From Macrostomum lignano (Eukaryota): a stretch of 64,000 nt of DNA. This document shows positions 37,435-48,355 of this stretch, piece by piece; the first letter of the stretch is position 1; every line of letters starts with the position of its first letter. The stretch lies in NCBI GenBank assembly GCA_002269645.1, contig NIVC01001149.1, positions 287,781 through 351,780 on the forward strand, given 5' to 3'. A program made the translations under genes and the position numbers. Under the pieces are notes generated by a model, which saw nothing but the letters and a program-made list of their open reading frames with translations, was not told the origin of the DNA and did no database searches.

Positions 37435-37639
37435 TCAGTGACTCAAGCAGTAACTCAAGCAGTGACTCAAGCAGTGAATAAAGCAGTGACTCAAGCAGTG
37501 AATAAAGCAGTGACTCAAGCATTGACTCAAGCAGTGACTCAAGCAGTGACTCAAGCAGTGACTCAAGCAGTGACTCAAGCAGTGACTCAAGCAGTGACTC
37601 AAGCAGTGACTCAAGCAGTGACTCAAGCAGTGACTCAAG
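37435..37639. repeat. 12-bp minisatellite (GCAGTGACTCAA)
   Basis: 17 units, 14 containing TGACTCA. Confidence 0.96.
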
Positions 37640-38129
37640 ATCCTCAGGCAAGTTTCAAGCCACGCTTACAATGAGCTTTGCTGGCTTTATAAAGAAATTG
37701 AGGCCGAATATAAACTTTTTTACTCAAAACCCAAGGTGATCTGAGACTGCTACGATTACAAAGGTTTCAGGCCAACCCTTCAGTGTCAAACCTTGCATTA
37801 TTTCCCGTCTTTTTGCTGCCGATGCGTCGTGCTTAGGAGGCGGCTTGGGTGGCGCGTGAAGCCTGATCTATTCAGCGACTGCGCACCTCTCCTGTCTGCC
37901 GTCTGCCCCCCCCCTCTCCCCGACCTCGTCTTGTGATTGGCTGGGACCAACTGCGTCGACCCATTGTTTTGAACAACGATTCATCCGTGATGCGAGGGAC
38001 TCTCTCACTGCTGCGCGTGGGGGTCTGTATTTGATGTAATTCATTTCTTAAAAATTACTTTAAAAGGTACAAATTTACAAAGCAATAAATGAGCTCTTTC
38101 TCAGATACATGTATGTGTCATAGGATGGA

Positions 38130-38581
38130 CCATAAAATACACCATAGATTACGTCATACGATGTGTTATAGGATATGCCATAGGGTACGCCATAGGATAC
38201 GCCTTAGGATACTCCATAGTGTACGCCATAGGATACGCCATAGGGTACGCCATAGGATACGCCATAGGGTACGCCATAGGGTACGCCATAGGATACGCCA
38301 TAGGATACGATATAGGATACGCCATAGGATACACCATAGGATAGGCCATAGGATGCGATATAGAATACGTCATGTATGTTATAGGGTATGCTATCGGATA
38401 CGCCATAGGATACGCCATAGGATACGCCATAGGATACGCCATAGGATACACCATAGGATAGGCCATAGGATGTGATATAGAATACGTCATATGTGTTATA
38501 GAGTACGCCATAGGATAGGCCATAGGATGCGATATAGAATACGTCATATGTGTTATAGGGTACGCCATAGGATGCGCCATA
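38130..38581. repeat. 12-bp repeat (CCATAGGATACG) with longer super-units
   Basis: Tandem units and duplicated blocks. Confidence 0.93.
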
Positions 38582-38775
38582 GCATTTATTTTCGTCGTGC
38601 AAAAAGGCAAAATTCAGAACATCCTACAAAGGAGTGGAATATTTATACAATAAATCAATTTCGACAATTGAACCTGAGACAAATGCATCGAGCCAATAGA
38701 TTTCAGACTTCATTCATTCAGATTCACTCAGCAGTCGCAGTCAGCCTAGGCGGGTTGGCTGCAAGCTGAGGGTGT

Positions 38776-38789
38776 GTCTCCATGACAAC
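38776..38789 (+). promoter_or_regulatory. RFX X-box-like motif upstream of WSC copy 1
   Basis: GTCTCC-AT-GACAAC fits RTHNYY-WT-RRNRAC; about 72-85 bp before the ATG. Confidence 0.6.
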
Positions 38790-38860
38790 AAATCAGCAAG
38801 GCAGTTGTTACTCAGGTCTTCTCATACAGAGGTTCGAAAATTGACAAATCCAGCGTAGCT

Positions 38861-39622
38861 ATGCTTCTCTGCAGGATTTTCCTGTGCGCTGCTCCGATCC
38901 TGAGCTGCCTGATCTCTGCCGCTCTCTGTCGGCAGTTCCAGACCTTGGACCTCGGCTGCTTCGTTGACCATACGAACAGCAAGAGAGACATGTCAGGCAT
39001 GAAGTACCTGGGCCTGAAGCGCATCGGCAATTTCGATGTCACGCAACATGTCCAACCTGACACCACTTTTGTGCACAGCAACCAGATGACTCACGAGCTG
39101 TGCAGCAAAATCTGCGCTCTGGGCGGCTTCCAGTTCATGGGTCTTCAAGCCAGCGTCTACTGCTTCTGCGGCAACTCGTACGGATCGCAGGGCGCGGCTC
39201 CTGGCTGGGACTGCCGAGATTCCTGCGGTGGAAATTCGAGCCAGAACTGCGGTGGCCCCTATCGAAACCAAGTGTTTGAGCTGAAGTACAACGCCGCGGT
39301 GCCCGGTACAGACTGCATGAGTAAGTGCTGTGTGTTGTGAGTCAGATTTTCCTTGTGGCACCGGGCCTCTCCAATCTCATCATTCCTCCACGCAGACAAA
39401 AATCTGTTTGTCGTCGGGAACCGGACTTTCGTCGAGATCAGCGCTCAGGATGCGCCCGCCTACAGGACGGTGACCGCTGCTGAGCCTCTCTCGTGCGTGC
39501 TGCTGTGCCGCTCCGGCTGCGAGGCGGTGATCTTCAGTCAGCAGCAGCGCCTGTGCCACCTGCTGGAGTTTGCTGCAGTCCCGGCCGCCCTCAGCAACGG
39601 GGACTTCTACGTCCGTGGTTGA
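38861..39622 (+). CDS. Secreted WSC-domain + PAN/Apple-like protein, copy 1 (exons 38861-39320, 39396-39622)
   Basis: Hydrophobic N-terminal signal; LGCFVD..R..MTHELC..IC..GF.FMGLQ...CFCGN..G....C...C.GN..Q.CGG (WSC); exon 2 C..LC...C.AV.F....LC.L; 75-nt GT-AG intron. Confidence 0.9.
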
Positions 39623-41130
39623 TGAAATTTGAATCTGAATCGAACTCGGTATATGAACTCGAAACTCGTTTCTTACTACTTTAAGTATAATAACTCTCGG
39701 CCAAAATTCCAAGCAATTCTGCCCATTCTCTAAAACAAAGTTTATTTGCTAGTTTTTATAAGCTCTTGTCTGCTTTTGTGTCTTGATTTCTGTCGTAAGT
39801 TTTTTATATGTTAAATAAAGAACGACACCCAAAAAATATTAGCAATTTTTTCTCTTTTGCTGCTTCATTCCAAGAAACATCAATTGCGGATGTAAAATTG
39901 ACTTTAAGTTATTTCATATGCAACTGAAGTAGTTCAAGAGACTTCCTTCTTTCTATGTTTTTTTCGGCCAGAATTTGATTGGGCTCTGTGATTTTGTTTC
40001 ACTCGCAGAAGCCGATCGCACATTGTGTGTATATTCTGAGGCATCAGTCGTTTTGTAGCATCTCTAGAGACTCTCTCTGGTCTGCTGAAAGTTAGGTACA
40101 ACCATTGTGGTCTAGAGATAGCAGCTATCTCTGCGGGTAGCTGGGTAGCACCCTGCTCAGTTACTCGCTCAGTTGCAACACTTCCTTTTAAGTCTTATTC
40201 ACACCACCATCAAATGAGCCCTCAAATCAAACGACCGATGTACACAATTTTAATTTGATGTACAACTCATTTGATTACATGAAGTTTAGTCTTGTTTAAT
40301 GGCGGTGTGAACGAGCGGCACGAGACATCCATCGCCGCGTCCATTGCACCATCTCATTCAACACCTGCCAACCATCCAACCTCTCAGACACCAACAACCA
40401 GCACTCATTCTGAAGAGTGGTGGAAGAAGCTTACCGGTAAGAGTGTACGTGGTACTGACTGCAGCAGCATAAAAAGTCTGCGTAAAACTTGCGTTCCGGT
40501 TGCTACATGAAGTTGGCCTTGAGCGAGCCGAAATCAGCCGCGTACATCTGCGGCTCTTAAATTCCTAGTGTTACGCACCCATCTGCTTCAAAAGCGTATC
40601 AAAAGGGTAAGTCTGCATTTATCTAATCTGTTTAGCTAATTTTAGCGTCTAATCCAGTCCGATGGAGAAAGGTGGGCCAAACTGTGGCGCGAATAAAGTT
40701 GAGTCAATTTCCCAAAGCTAGTAATTGTTCTAATTCAAATGAATTTAGCAATCCTGTAGTGTGACTGTGATGTCCAGTAAAATTGCAAAACTCCAGCATA
40801 GAGTCCATTTGTATTGTACGAGCAAAAAATAATTTAACATTATTCCATTTATTCTACCGTCTCAATTAGCGCATGCAACCCCTACTAAAACCTTGAGCCG
40901 TAAGCGTGAACCAATCATTTTAATTCATACCAACGCCTCACTCTCCGAGTCTCAGCTGAAGCTCTTGAGTGAATGTACTCCCGTACACTCAATTCATTCG
41001 GTCTACTCTTTTTTTAATTGAATTCAGATTTCGATAAATGGGCTAAACACTTAGTAAATCGAGCTAATGGATTTCAGTTAGACCCACAGTCACAATCCGC
41101 AAAGCAGCGGAAGCCAGCTTTAAGAGGCGT

Positions 41131-41144
41131 GTCTCCATGACGAC
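41131..41144 (+). promoter_or_regulatory. RFX X-box-like motif upstream of WSC copy 2
   Basis: GTCTCC-AT-GACGAC; about 100-113 bp before the ATG. Confidence 0.55.
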
Positions 41145-41243
41145 AAATCAATAGGGACGCTGATTATTTAGCTCTCTTTTGCACAGAGCTGAGGCAGTCT
41201 GCCTATACAAAATTATCTCTAAAATCCAGTCAAAAAACCATTA

Positions 41244-44200
41244 ATGGCAATGCTTTTCTGCAGGATTCTCTTCTGCGCTGCTCCGATCCTGAGCTGCCTG
41301 ATCTGCGCCGCTCTCTGTCGCCAGTTCGGGATCGCAAACCTCGGCTGCTTTATTGACTATGCGAGTAGCAAGAGAGAAATGACCGGCATGCCGCAGCTCG
41401 GGCTGACACGGGTTGGCAGCTCCGGTGTAACACAGCATGAAGAAGCTTCTGCCGCTTATGTGCACAGCCACCACATGACTCACGAGCTGTGTGGCAGCGT
41501 CTGCGCTCTGGGCGGTTTCCAGTTCATGGGTCTTCAAGCCAAAGGCTTCTGTTTCTGCGACAACTCGTACGGTTCGCAGGGCGCGGCTCCTGACTCGGAA
41601 TGCCATGACGCCTGCAGTGGAAACTCGAACCAGAACTGCGGTGGCTCCTATCGAAACCGAGTGTTTGAGCTGATGTTCAGCGCCGTGGTGCCCGATACCG
41701 CCTGCATGAGTAAGTGCTGCAATTTTTGAGTCAGAAAAGTTACTGTATTTGTGGCACTGGGTCACTCTATTCTTGCTCTTCTGCATCACTCCGTTCTGTC
41801 TTCTCTAGATGGGTATCACAGACCCGGAATAGCGCCGAAAACCAAATTATACCGTAGTAATACCTATCACAAGACCAAGCGATAAACTAAGCACGAGATC
41901 ATAAAATAAAAACATTTGGAATGGTAATAGTTGACGTGACGCGAAAGTCAGGAGCTGATTGTTGTTTAATAACGAATGTGAATGCTTGCGATATATTTGT
42001 AGAATAGCCAAAGTAACTTGACGAGTTAAAGACTGAGAGAAATAGCTTAAATATTGTAAATATTGGATTTCACTGATGCACTGGCACTGTGAGTGGAGAG
42101 AGTACAAAATGGGAGAGACTTAAGGGGCGAGGCAATGGCTAGCGCAAAGATGCACGTGGAACAGACTAGAGTACGCATAGAGTACACAATGATTTACTGA
42201 GTACACGCAGATCGCAAGCTAGAAACAAGGTGACAAAGCGAAGTTAAATAAACAAGCCCCCCCCCACAGTTACCCAGCTCACAAACCAAACAACCGTCAC
42301 TTCATCTCCCCCCCTTCGAATCGAGCTGGTGGCAGGCCCCTTGTCGAACGAATCGGATAGCGAGGCAGCTTCACCGTCGAGGGGCCGGCGGTGCTTTCAG
42401 CCATCGGCTCGGGCCGATGCAACTCGGTTGGCTCCCCGCCCTGCAGTCCGATAGCTTTGCTATCTTCAGCAGATGCAGTAGCGGCGTCGCTGCCACCACT
42501 GCTCTTGGCATCTTGGCAGCTGGTCTGCGGCCTTGACAGCAGCGCATCCTCGTCCGTGGCGCGGGAGGTTGCCGGATCATCGGCTCCGGCCTCGATGCGT
42601 TAACTCAGCTGGTCTGCATGCGCCAGGACGGTGCGACCGCCTTGGCGGGCGATGATGGCCGTGTTCGTCCCTTTCTGACATAGAAACTCGGCCGGCTCGC
42701 GCTCCAGCCCTGCGCCCGGTGCGTACCAGACGTTGGCTCTAATTGGCGTCTTCATTGTGATAGGATTGCGAAGCTGCCGTCCCATGAGCTGTGCTGGACT
42801 CTGGGCCCGACCGGCGTGCGGAATGCGCCTTTAATTGAGTAAGAGTCTGAACAGGAATGAGTTGTACGGCTCCGACGCTTAGTCCTAGGCTGCCGAAGCC
42901 CTCTTGATCGAGCCGACCATCCGTTCCTGAAGTCCGTTTGATTGCGGATGCCTTGGAGGAGTTTTGAGGACTCGACAGCCGATTCGCTCAAGCCAGGACA
43001 GCAGTCCAGCGTCGTGATACTCAGCGGCATTATCACTAACCAGGACGTGCGGGACACCGTTTCTAGCAAACACTGACTGAAGAGCGGCTTTAAAAGTCGC
43101 AGCATCGCGGTTTGGCACTCTCAGGACCTCAGGTTATCCTGACATAGCATCGACTAGAATGAGCACCAGTCCAACCTTCGGGATTGTGGCGTGGTCCATA
43201 TGCACGCGATGCCACGGCTCGTCTTCCTTTGGCCACTGATGTACCGTAGGTGTGCCAGAGGGCCGAATTCGCGTGCAGGTGGGGCAGTTGCGTACGTGCC
43301 GCTCCACGTCCGTGCAATATCCTGGCCACCAGGCCGAGTTGTGAATGAGTGCGCAAGTTGCCATGGTTCCCTGATGCGAGACACTGTGTACCTGATCCAG
43401 GACGCGCTGCCTGAGTGTCGCAGGAATCACCGGTCGATCACCGTAGCAGAGAATGCCGTCGTCTATCACCAAGGCATGGCGAACTGACTTGTACGGCCTC
43501 TCAGCTGGGGAGCATCCTGACCATCTGCTTGATGCGACTCGCTCAGCAATATCTTGGAGTAGACGATCGCGCTGGGTCTCCGCTTGCAGCTCCTCCCATG
43601 GAATCACCGGGCCGCCTGCTCAATGAACCAGACCTTCCAAGGCAGCAGGTTCTGATTCGGATAGTTCACCGTTGCAGTCAAGGCGAGAGAGGGCATCAGC
43701 GTGCGGAATGTGCTCGCCTTTTGTGTAGATCGTGTCAAAATCGAAGGCCATTAGCTTGATCGCCCAGCGAAGTAGCCGAGCGTTCGCCACCTTTGGAAGT
43801 TTCCGCCGCGCTCCGAAGAGAAACTCTAGAGGCCGATGATCTGTCCGTAGAGTGAATCGGGCACCGAGAAGGAATTGCTTGGCGCGTTCCATCGCCCAAA
43901 CGATGGCGAGGGCCGCTCTTTCGATATTCGAATAGCGCGACTCCGTGCTGCTCAACCGTCTGCTAAGGTATATAACCGGGTGGCCGTTTTGGGTGAGCAC
44001 AGCGGCGATGGCCCTCTCACTGGCATCTGTGGTAAGAGTCGTCTCCTTAGTCTTGTCGTAGGGCTGTAGGACTGGCGCACTGCTAAGAATGGCTTTGATT
44101 CGCTCGAAGGCCTGAGTCTGATCGGGTCCCCAACTGAACCTTGCGTTCTTGGTTCGTAACCGGTTGAGTGGCTCGATGATCTGTGAGTAGTTGCGAACGA

Positions 44201-46979
44201 ATCTGCCAAAGAAGTTGGCAAGACCAAGAAAATATTCTAGTTGCTTCTTGTCTTCCGGAGTCTTGACGGCGCGGATCCGATCGACTAGATTTGGATCAGG
44301 AGAAATTCCTCTCTCGCTGACTCTGTACCCGAGAAATGAGACCTCCATAGCCTTGAGGGTTGATTTTTCCAAGTTGATTGACATTCCTGCCTTCTTTAGG
44401 GTAGCTATGACGTTTTTGACTTTTGAGTCGATCTCTGAGTCAGATTTTCCGCCTAGAAGAATGTCGTCCTGATAAACTATTTTGCCGGTGATGTCAGTAA
44501 GGACAGATTCCATTGCCTTTTGAAAGATAGATGATGCAGATTTGAGGCCTGGAACGAGACGCTTATAGCGATAGAGGCCCAAAGGTGTGGCGATGGTGGT
44601 GATTTCTCTGCTGTCTTCGTCAAGCTCTATCTGCAAGTATGCATCCGAGAGGTCGATTTTGGAGAAGTGCGACATTCCAGAGGTCTCCGCAAAGATTGTC
44701 TCCATCTCAGGCATTGGTTACGTATCATTGCACACCTGACGATTAGCTCCTCTTTGAAGTCAGCACAGACGCGCACCTTTCCGTTAGGTTTTAGAACACT
44801 GACAATTGGTGAGGCTCACTGACTCCCTCCGGCTGGAACAGGTTCAGCCTCCATTCGCTTGAGTTCCTCGTTAACCCGGTCTCGCAGGTGAATGGGAACG
44901 GGCCTAGCTGCGCAGTAAAACGGTTTTGCTCCGTCAACAAGGCGAATCTTGGCTTTGAAGTTTTTGAGACATCCTAGCTGGCCGACAGCGTTGATTGTAA
45001 TAGCGTCCCCTTGCAGCTTGATGACGTCCATTCCCAGCAGTCCATGTGGCTTGCTGGCCTCCGTGACGATTAGGTCCAGTGTGACAAAGTTGGTGTCAGT
45101 TTCTAGGGAAGCAGTGAATTCTCCTAGACAGGAAATGCTGGATCCGTCGTACTGCCTGAGTGTTCGCCTGCACCTTTTGAGAGAAGGGCGGCCGAGCTTG
45201 ACCCACAGATTTTGCGGAAGTAGACTCACCTCGGCCCCTGTGTCAATCTGCATGGGCAGGGTCCGACCATGATCTTCGCTTCGTGAAAGAGTCCGTTGCT
45301 ACGCCCTGGAGCGACCACGAAAATGTCGGCTGGCTCTTGGTCTTGATTCTCACGATCGCTTGTTGATTCTTCTTGGGTCAAGTGCACTTCTCTGGATCTG
45401 CAGACCGCCGCAAAATGATTCTTTCGTTTACACTTGGTGCACGTCTGACCGAAAGCCGGGCAACTGCCTTTGGGGTGAGTTGTACCGCAGTAATAGCACC
45501 TGCCTTTACCGGCCGCTCCTGAGGACTTGGCTGGCGCACCGGCCGTTCTTGGTTGACCTGCAAAAGCGATCTCGAGGGGAACGGGCGCGCCTGATGAAGC
45601 GGTGTTGGTCGTGCCTTTATTGTACTGTTGGATTTGCTCGAGCTGCTGCAGGTTTTGCAGGATATCGTCAAGAAGTTTTTCTTCGCCTTGAAGCTGCTCC
45701 AAAATCCTCTTCTTGTGTTCGGCAGAGGCAAGGCCGTCGATTAGCCCTATTGCGATGAGATCGTTTTCCTTGGACTGCTTGGCCCCAAGTTCCTCGAATT
45801 CGCAGAGCGCCGCCGCTGCTCGAAGCCGACGGTAGTAAGTGCTGATCGATTCACCTGGCTCTTGTTTGAGGCTTAGAAATCTGGTGCGTTCAGCGATGAC
45901 CAGCCTCTTCTTAGGCCGGATTTTTGCTGTAACTAGTGTCTCGATTTCGCTAAATTTGAGTGCCTCCAGCTTTTTTGGTGCGGCCATCAGAGAGAGCGTC
46001 CGGATCGCCTGTAGTCCAGCCTTGGACAGGAACAAGTCAGTCTTATCCCGCGCTTCGTCCGTGTCCGTAAGTTTCTTAATGCGGGCCGTGGCGGAAAGCT
46101 GCTGCTTCCATGCCTCAGCGAGTTCAGGATCGTTGAGGTTGAGTTCTTGACTCTGAATTTCGCCTGCTTGCGACGCCATTGACGTGACGCGAAATCAGGA
46201 GCTGATTGTTGTTTAATAACGAATGTGAATGCTTGCGATATATTTGTAGAATAGCCTAAGTACTTGACGAGTTGAAGACCGAGAGAAATAGCTTAAATAT
46301 TGTAAATATTGGATTTCACAGATGCACTGACACTGTGAGTGGAGAGAGTACAAAATGATAGAGACTTAAGGGGCGAGGCAATGGCTAGCGCTATGATGCA
46401 CATGGAACAGAGTAGAGTACGCATAGAGTACACAATGATTAACTGAGTACACGCAGATCGCAAGCTAGAAACAAGGTGACAAAGCTAAGTTAAATGAACA
46501 AGCCCCCCACAGTTACCCAGCTCACAACCCAATCAACCGTCACTTCAAAAGTATTTTCGGCGCTATGATATATTCACCACATTCAGCATCTTCTGAACCA
46601 CTCCATTCTTCGGCATTCCGATCTGGCTCTTCTGGGTACTCCATTCAGCTTCTTCTCAGTCACTCCTTTCTGGCGTCTTTTAGGTTTCTCCGTTGTCGCT
46701 TTTCTGAATAATTTAGGCCATTCTGTTTCGAAATTCCATGCAGACCAGAACCTGTTCGTCCTTGGAAACCGGACCTTCGTCGAAGTCAGCGCTCAGGATG
46801 CGCCCGCCTTCAGAACCGTCACCGCTGCTGAGCCCCTTGCGTGCGTTCTGCTGTGCCACTCCAGTTGCCAGGCGGTGATCTTCAGCCAGCAGCAGCGCCT
46901 GTGCCACCTGCTGGAGTATGCTGCAGTGCCGGCCGCCCTCAGCAGCGCCAGCAGCGGCGACTTCTTTGTCCGCGGTTGA
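41244..46979 (+). CDS. Secreted WSC + PAN/Apple-like protein, copy 2 (exons 41244-41709, 46744-46979); intron carries an LTR retrotransposon
   Basis: Paralogue of copy 1 with the same donor ATGA|gtaagt and the same phase-1 second exon ending FFVRG*. Confidence 0.88.
42305..45270 (-). pseudogene. pol: Gypsy Pol (protease, RT, RNase H, integrase), broken by frameshifts and stops
   Basis: IDTGA protease; SKIDLSDAY and YQDD RT; TDAS and ADALSRL RNase H; H..H..C..C zinc finger; VHMD, VSDNA, HPQSNGLQER integrase motifs spread over several frames. Confidence 0.93.
45226..46179 (-). CDS. gag: Gypsy Gag with two zinc knuckles
   Basis: 317-aa ORF; CYYCGTTHPKGSCPAFGQTCTKCKRKNHFAAVC. Confidence 0.9.
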   Translation of the reverse strand: MASQAGEIQSQELNLNDPELAEAWKQQLSATARIKKLTDTDEARDKTDLFLSKAGLQAIRTLSLMAAPKKLEALKFSEIETLVTAKIRPKKRLVIAERTRFLSLKQEPGESISTYYRRLRAAAALCEFEELGAKQSKENDLIAIGLIDGLASAEHKKRILEQLQGEEKLLDDILQNLQQLEQIQQYNKGTTNTASSGAPVPLEIAFAGQPRTAGAPAKSSGAAGKGRCYYCGTTHPKGSCPAFGQTCTKCKRKNHFAAVCRSREVHLTQEESTSDRENQDQEPADIFVVAPGRSNGLFHEAKIMVGPCPCRLTQGPR

Positions 46980-47709
46980 CAAAGGCTGTGCTGTACTAAG
47001 AGTAGTTTTTTCGTATTAAATTGATCCAAGTCTTTGTCTTAATTTTCTGTAAAATGAAATTCCGCCTTGTTTGTTTGTGTGTGTAGCTCGTACATCTTTC
47101 CTTTTTTTCTGCTCTCTCTTGAGCAGCACCAAGTAGTACGATTAGGAGTACACTCCTCTATTATTGATTGTACCGATGTAGAAACGACCTGGTAATGGAT
47201 CAAGTACTTGCACTGTTACTTCACGCTTGTAGTCGCATCAAAGACTTTAATTCTATGCGATTTCAGAAGTAAAAGCTTCACGCCTTGCTGCCATTTTAGA
47301 GTTTTTTGCTAGCGGTATAATTTCCATTGGCTATGTCTTTTTCACCTCTTCATCGTAAAGGTATAAGGATTTGGCCGAATTCTTGTTATTGTTGCAACGT
47401 CGAATCTACATGTATATGTACGAGTAAATAGAATTTTTACGAGCTACGTGCTGTAAAGCGGGTGTGTTTAACTTCAATAAAGCAGGTGACTGTGGATTGC
47501 GTCGGGTAACCGTAAATTAAACACATTCGGAGTGAGCGGCTGACTAATATCTCTTCGAATACATTTATTGAATCCATTTAGCTGAATACTAAAAAGCATT
47601 AAAAATACAGTATAGGAGAGAGAGGGAGAAATCGTTAAATAAGATTTGACTAATAAAGAATCTGGCATGTGTCCATAAAGGTCGAAATTTCCAAACTGAC
47701 CAAAGCAAG

Positions 47710-47852
47710 TGTGTCAGCACCTGTCCCATGCAGTGTTTGATTGTGTCAGCGCCTGTCACATGCAGTGTGCGATTGTGTCAGTGAATGTCACATGCAGTGT
47801 GCGATTGTGTCAGTGAATGTCACATGCAGTGTGCGGTTGTGTCAGTGAATGT
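47710..47852. repeat. ~32-bp short tandem repeat (CATGCAGTGTGCGATTGTGTCAGTGAATGTCA)
   Basis: About 4 units. Confidence 0.85.
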
Positions 47853-48249
47853 CAGCAGCTACTAACCTTGTGTGAAGCGTGATGCGTGAAAGTGGTGAGA
47901 GAAGCATCACTTGAATAGGAGAAATTTTCCATAGAATAGGGGCTCTAAAAGATCCATCCTAGTCAGGCCACCTGCCGCGGTGTTTATTTCCCGTCACTCC
48001 ACCTGCCGAAAGAGCTACTGCCTTTCCGGTAAGTGTTTTCATCGCTGGCAATCGGCTCAATGGTTCATCTCAAATAGCGCAGAAAGTGAAAAAAAACCTG
48101 AGCTGCAAGCTTTTACGGGTAAAAACCAACAAAAAATGGGTTTATTTAAATGGATTTCCACGAGTTAATACATCCAGCTAATGCATTTCAATAAAAGCCA
48201 GACAGCTCTTAATTAGCACTGCCGATAGACAAGTGGCTGCCTGTTAAGA

Positions 48250-48263
48250 ATCTCCATAACAAT
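48250..48263 (+). promoter_or_regulatory. Degenerate X-box-like motif upstream of WSC copy 3
   Basis: ATCTCC-AT-AACAAT (one mismatch to the consensus); about 93-106 bp before the ATG. Confidence 0.45.
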
Positions 48264-48355
48264 TCGAATCGGCAAAACAGCAGTTTTTAGCCTTTCCTCA
48301 CAGAGGTTTGGAAATGCCTTGATAAAAATTCCAAACTGACGAACCCAGCCCAGCT

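Larger units (their letters stand above)
41932..46547 (-). mobile_element. Full-length but decayed Ty3/Gypsy LTR retrotransposon (Mag/K02A2.6-like by layout)
   Basis: TG...CA LTRs at 41932-42304 and 46180-46547; PBS after the 5' LTR; PPT gaagggggggaga; near-TSD ATAGT/AAAGT; domain order gag-PR-RT-RH-IN. Confidence 0.95.
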
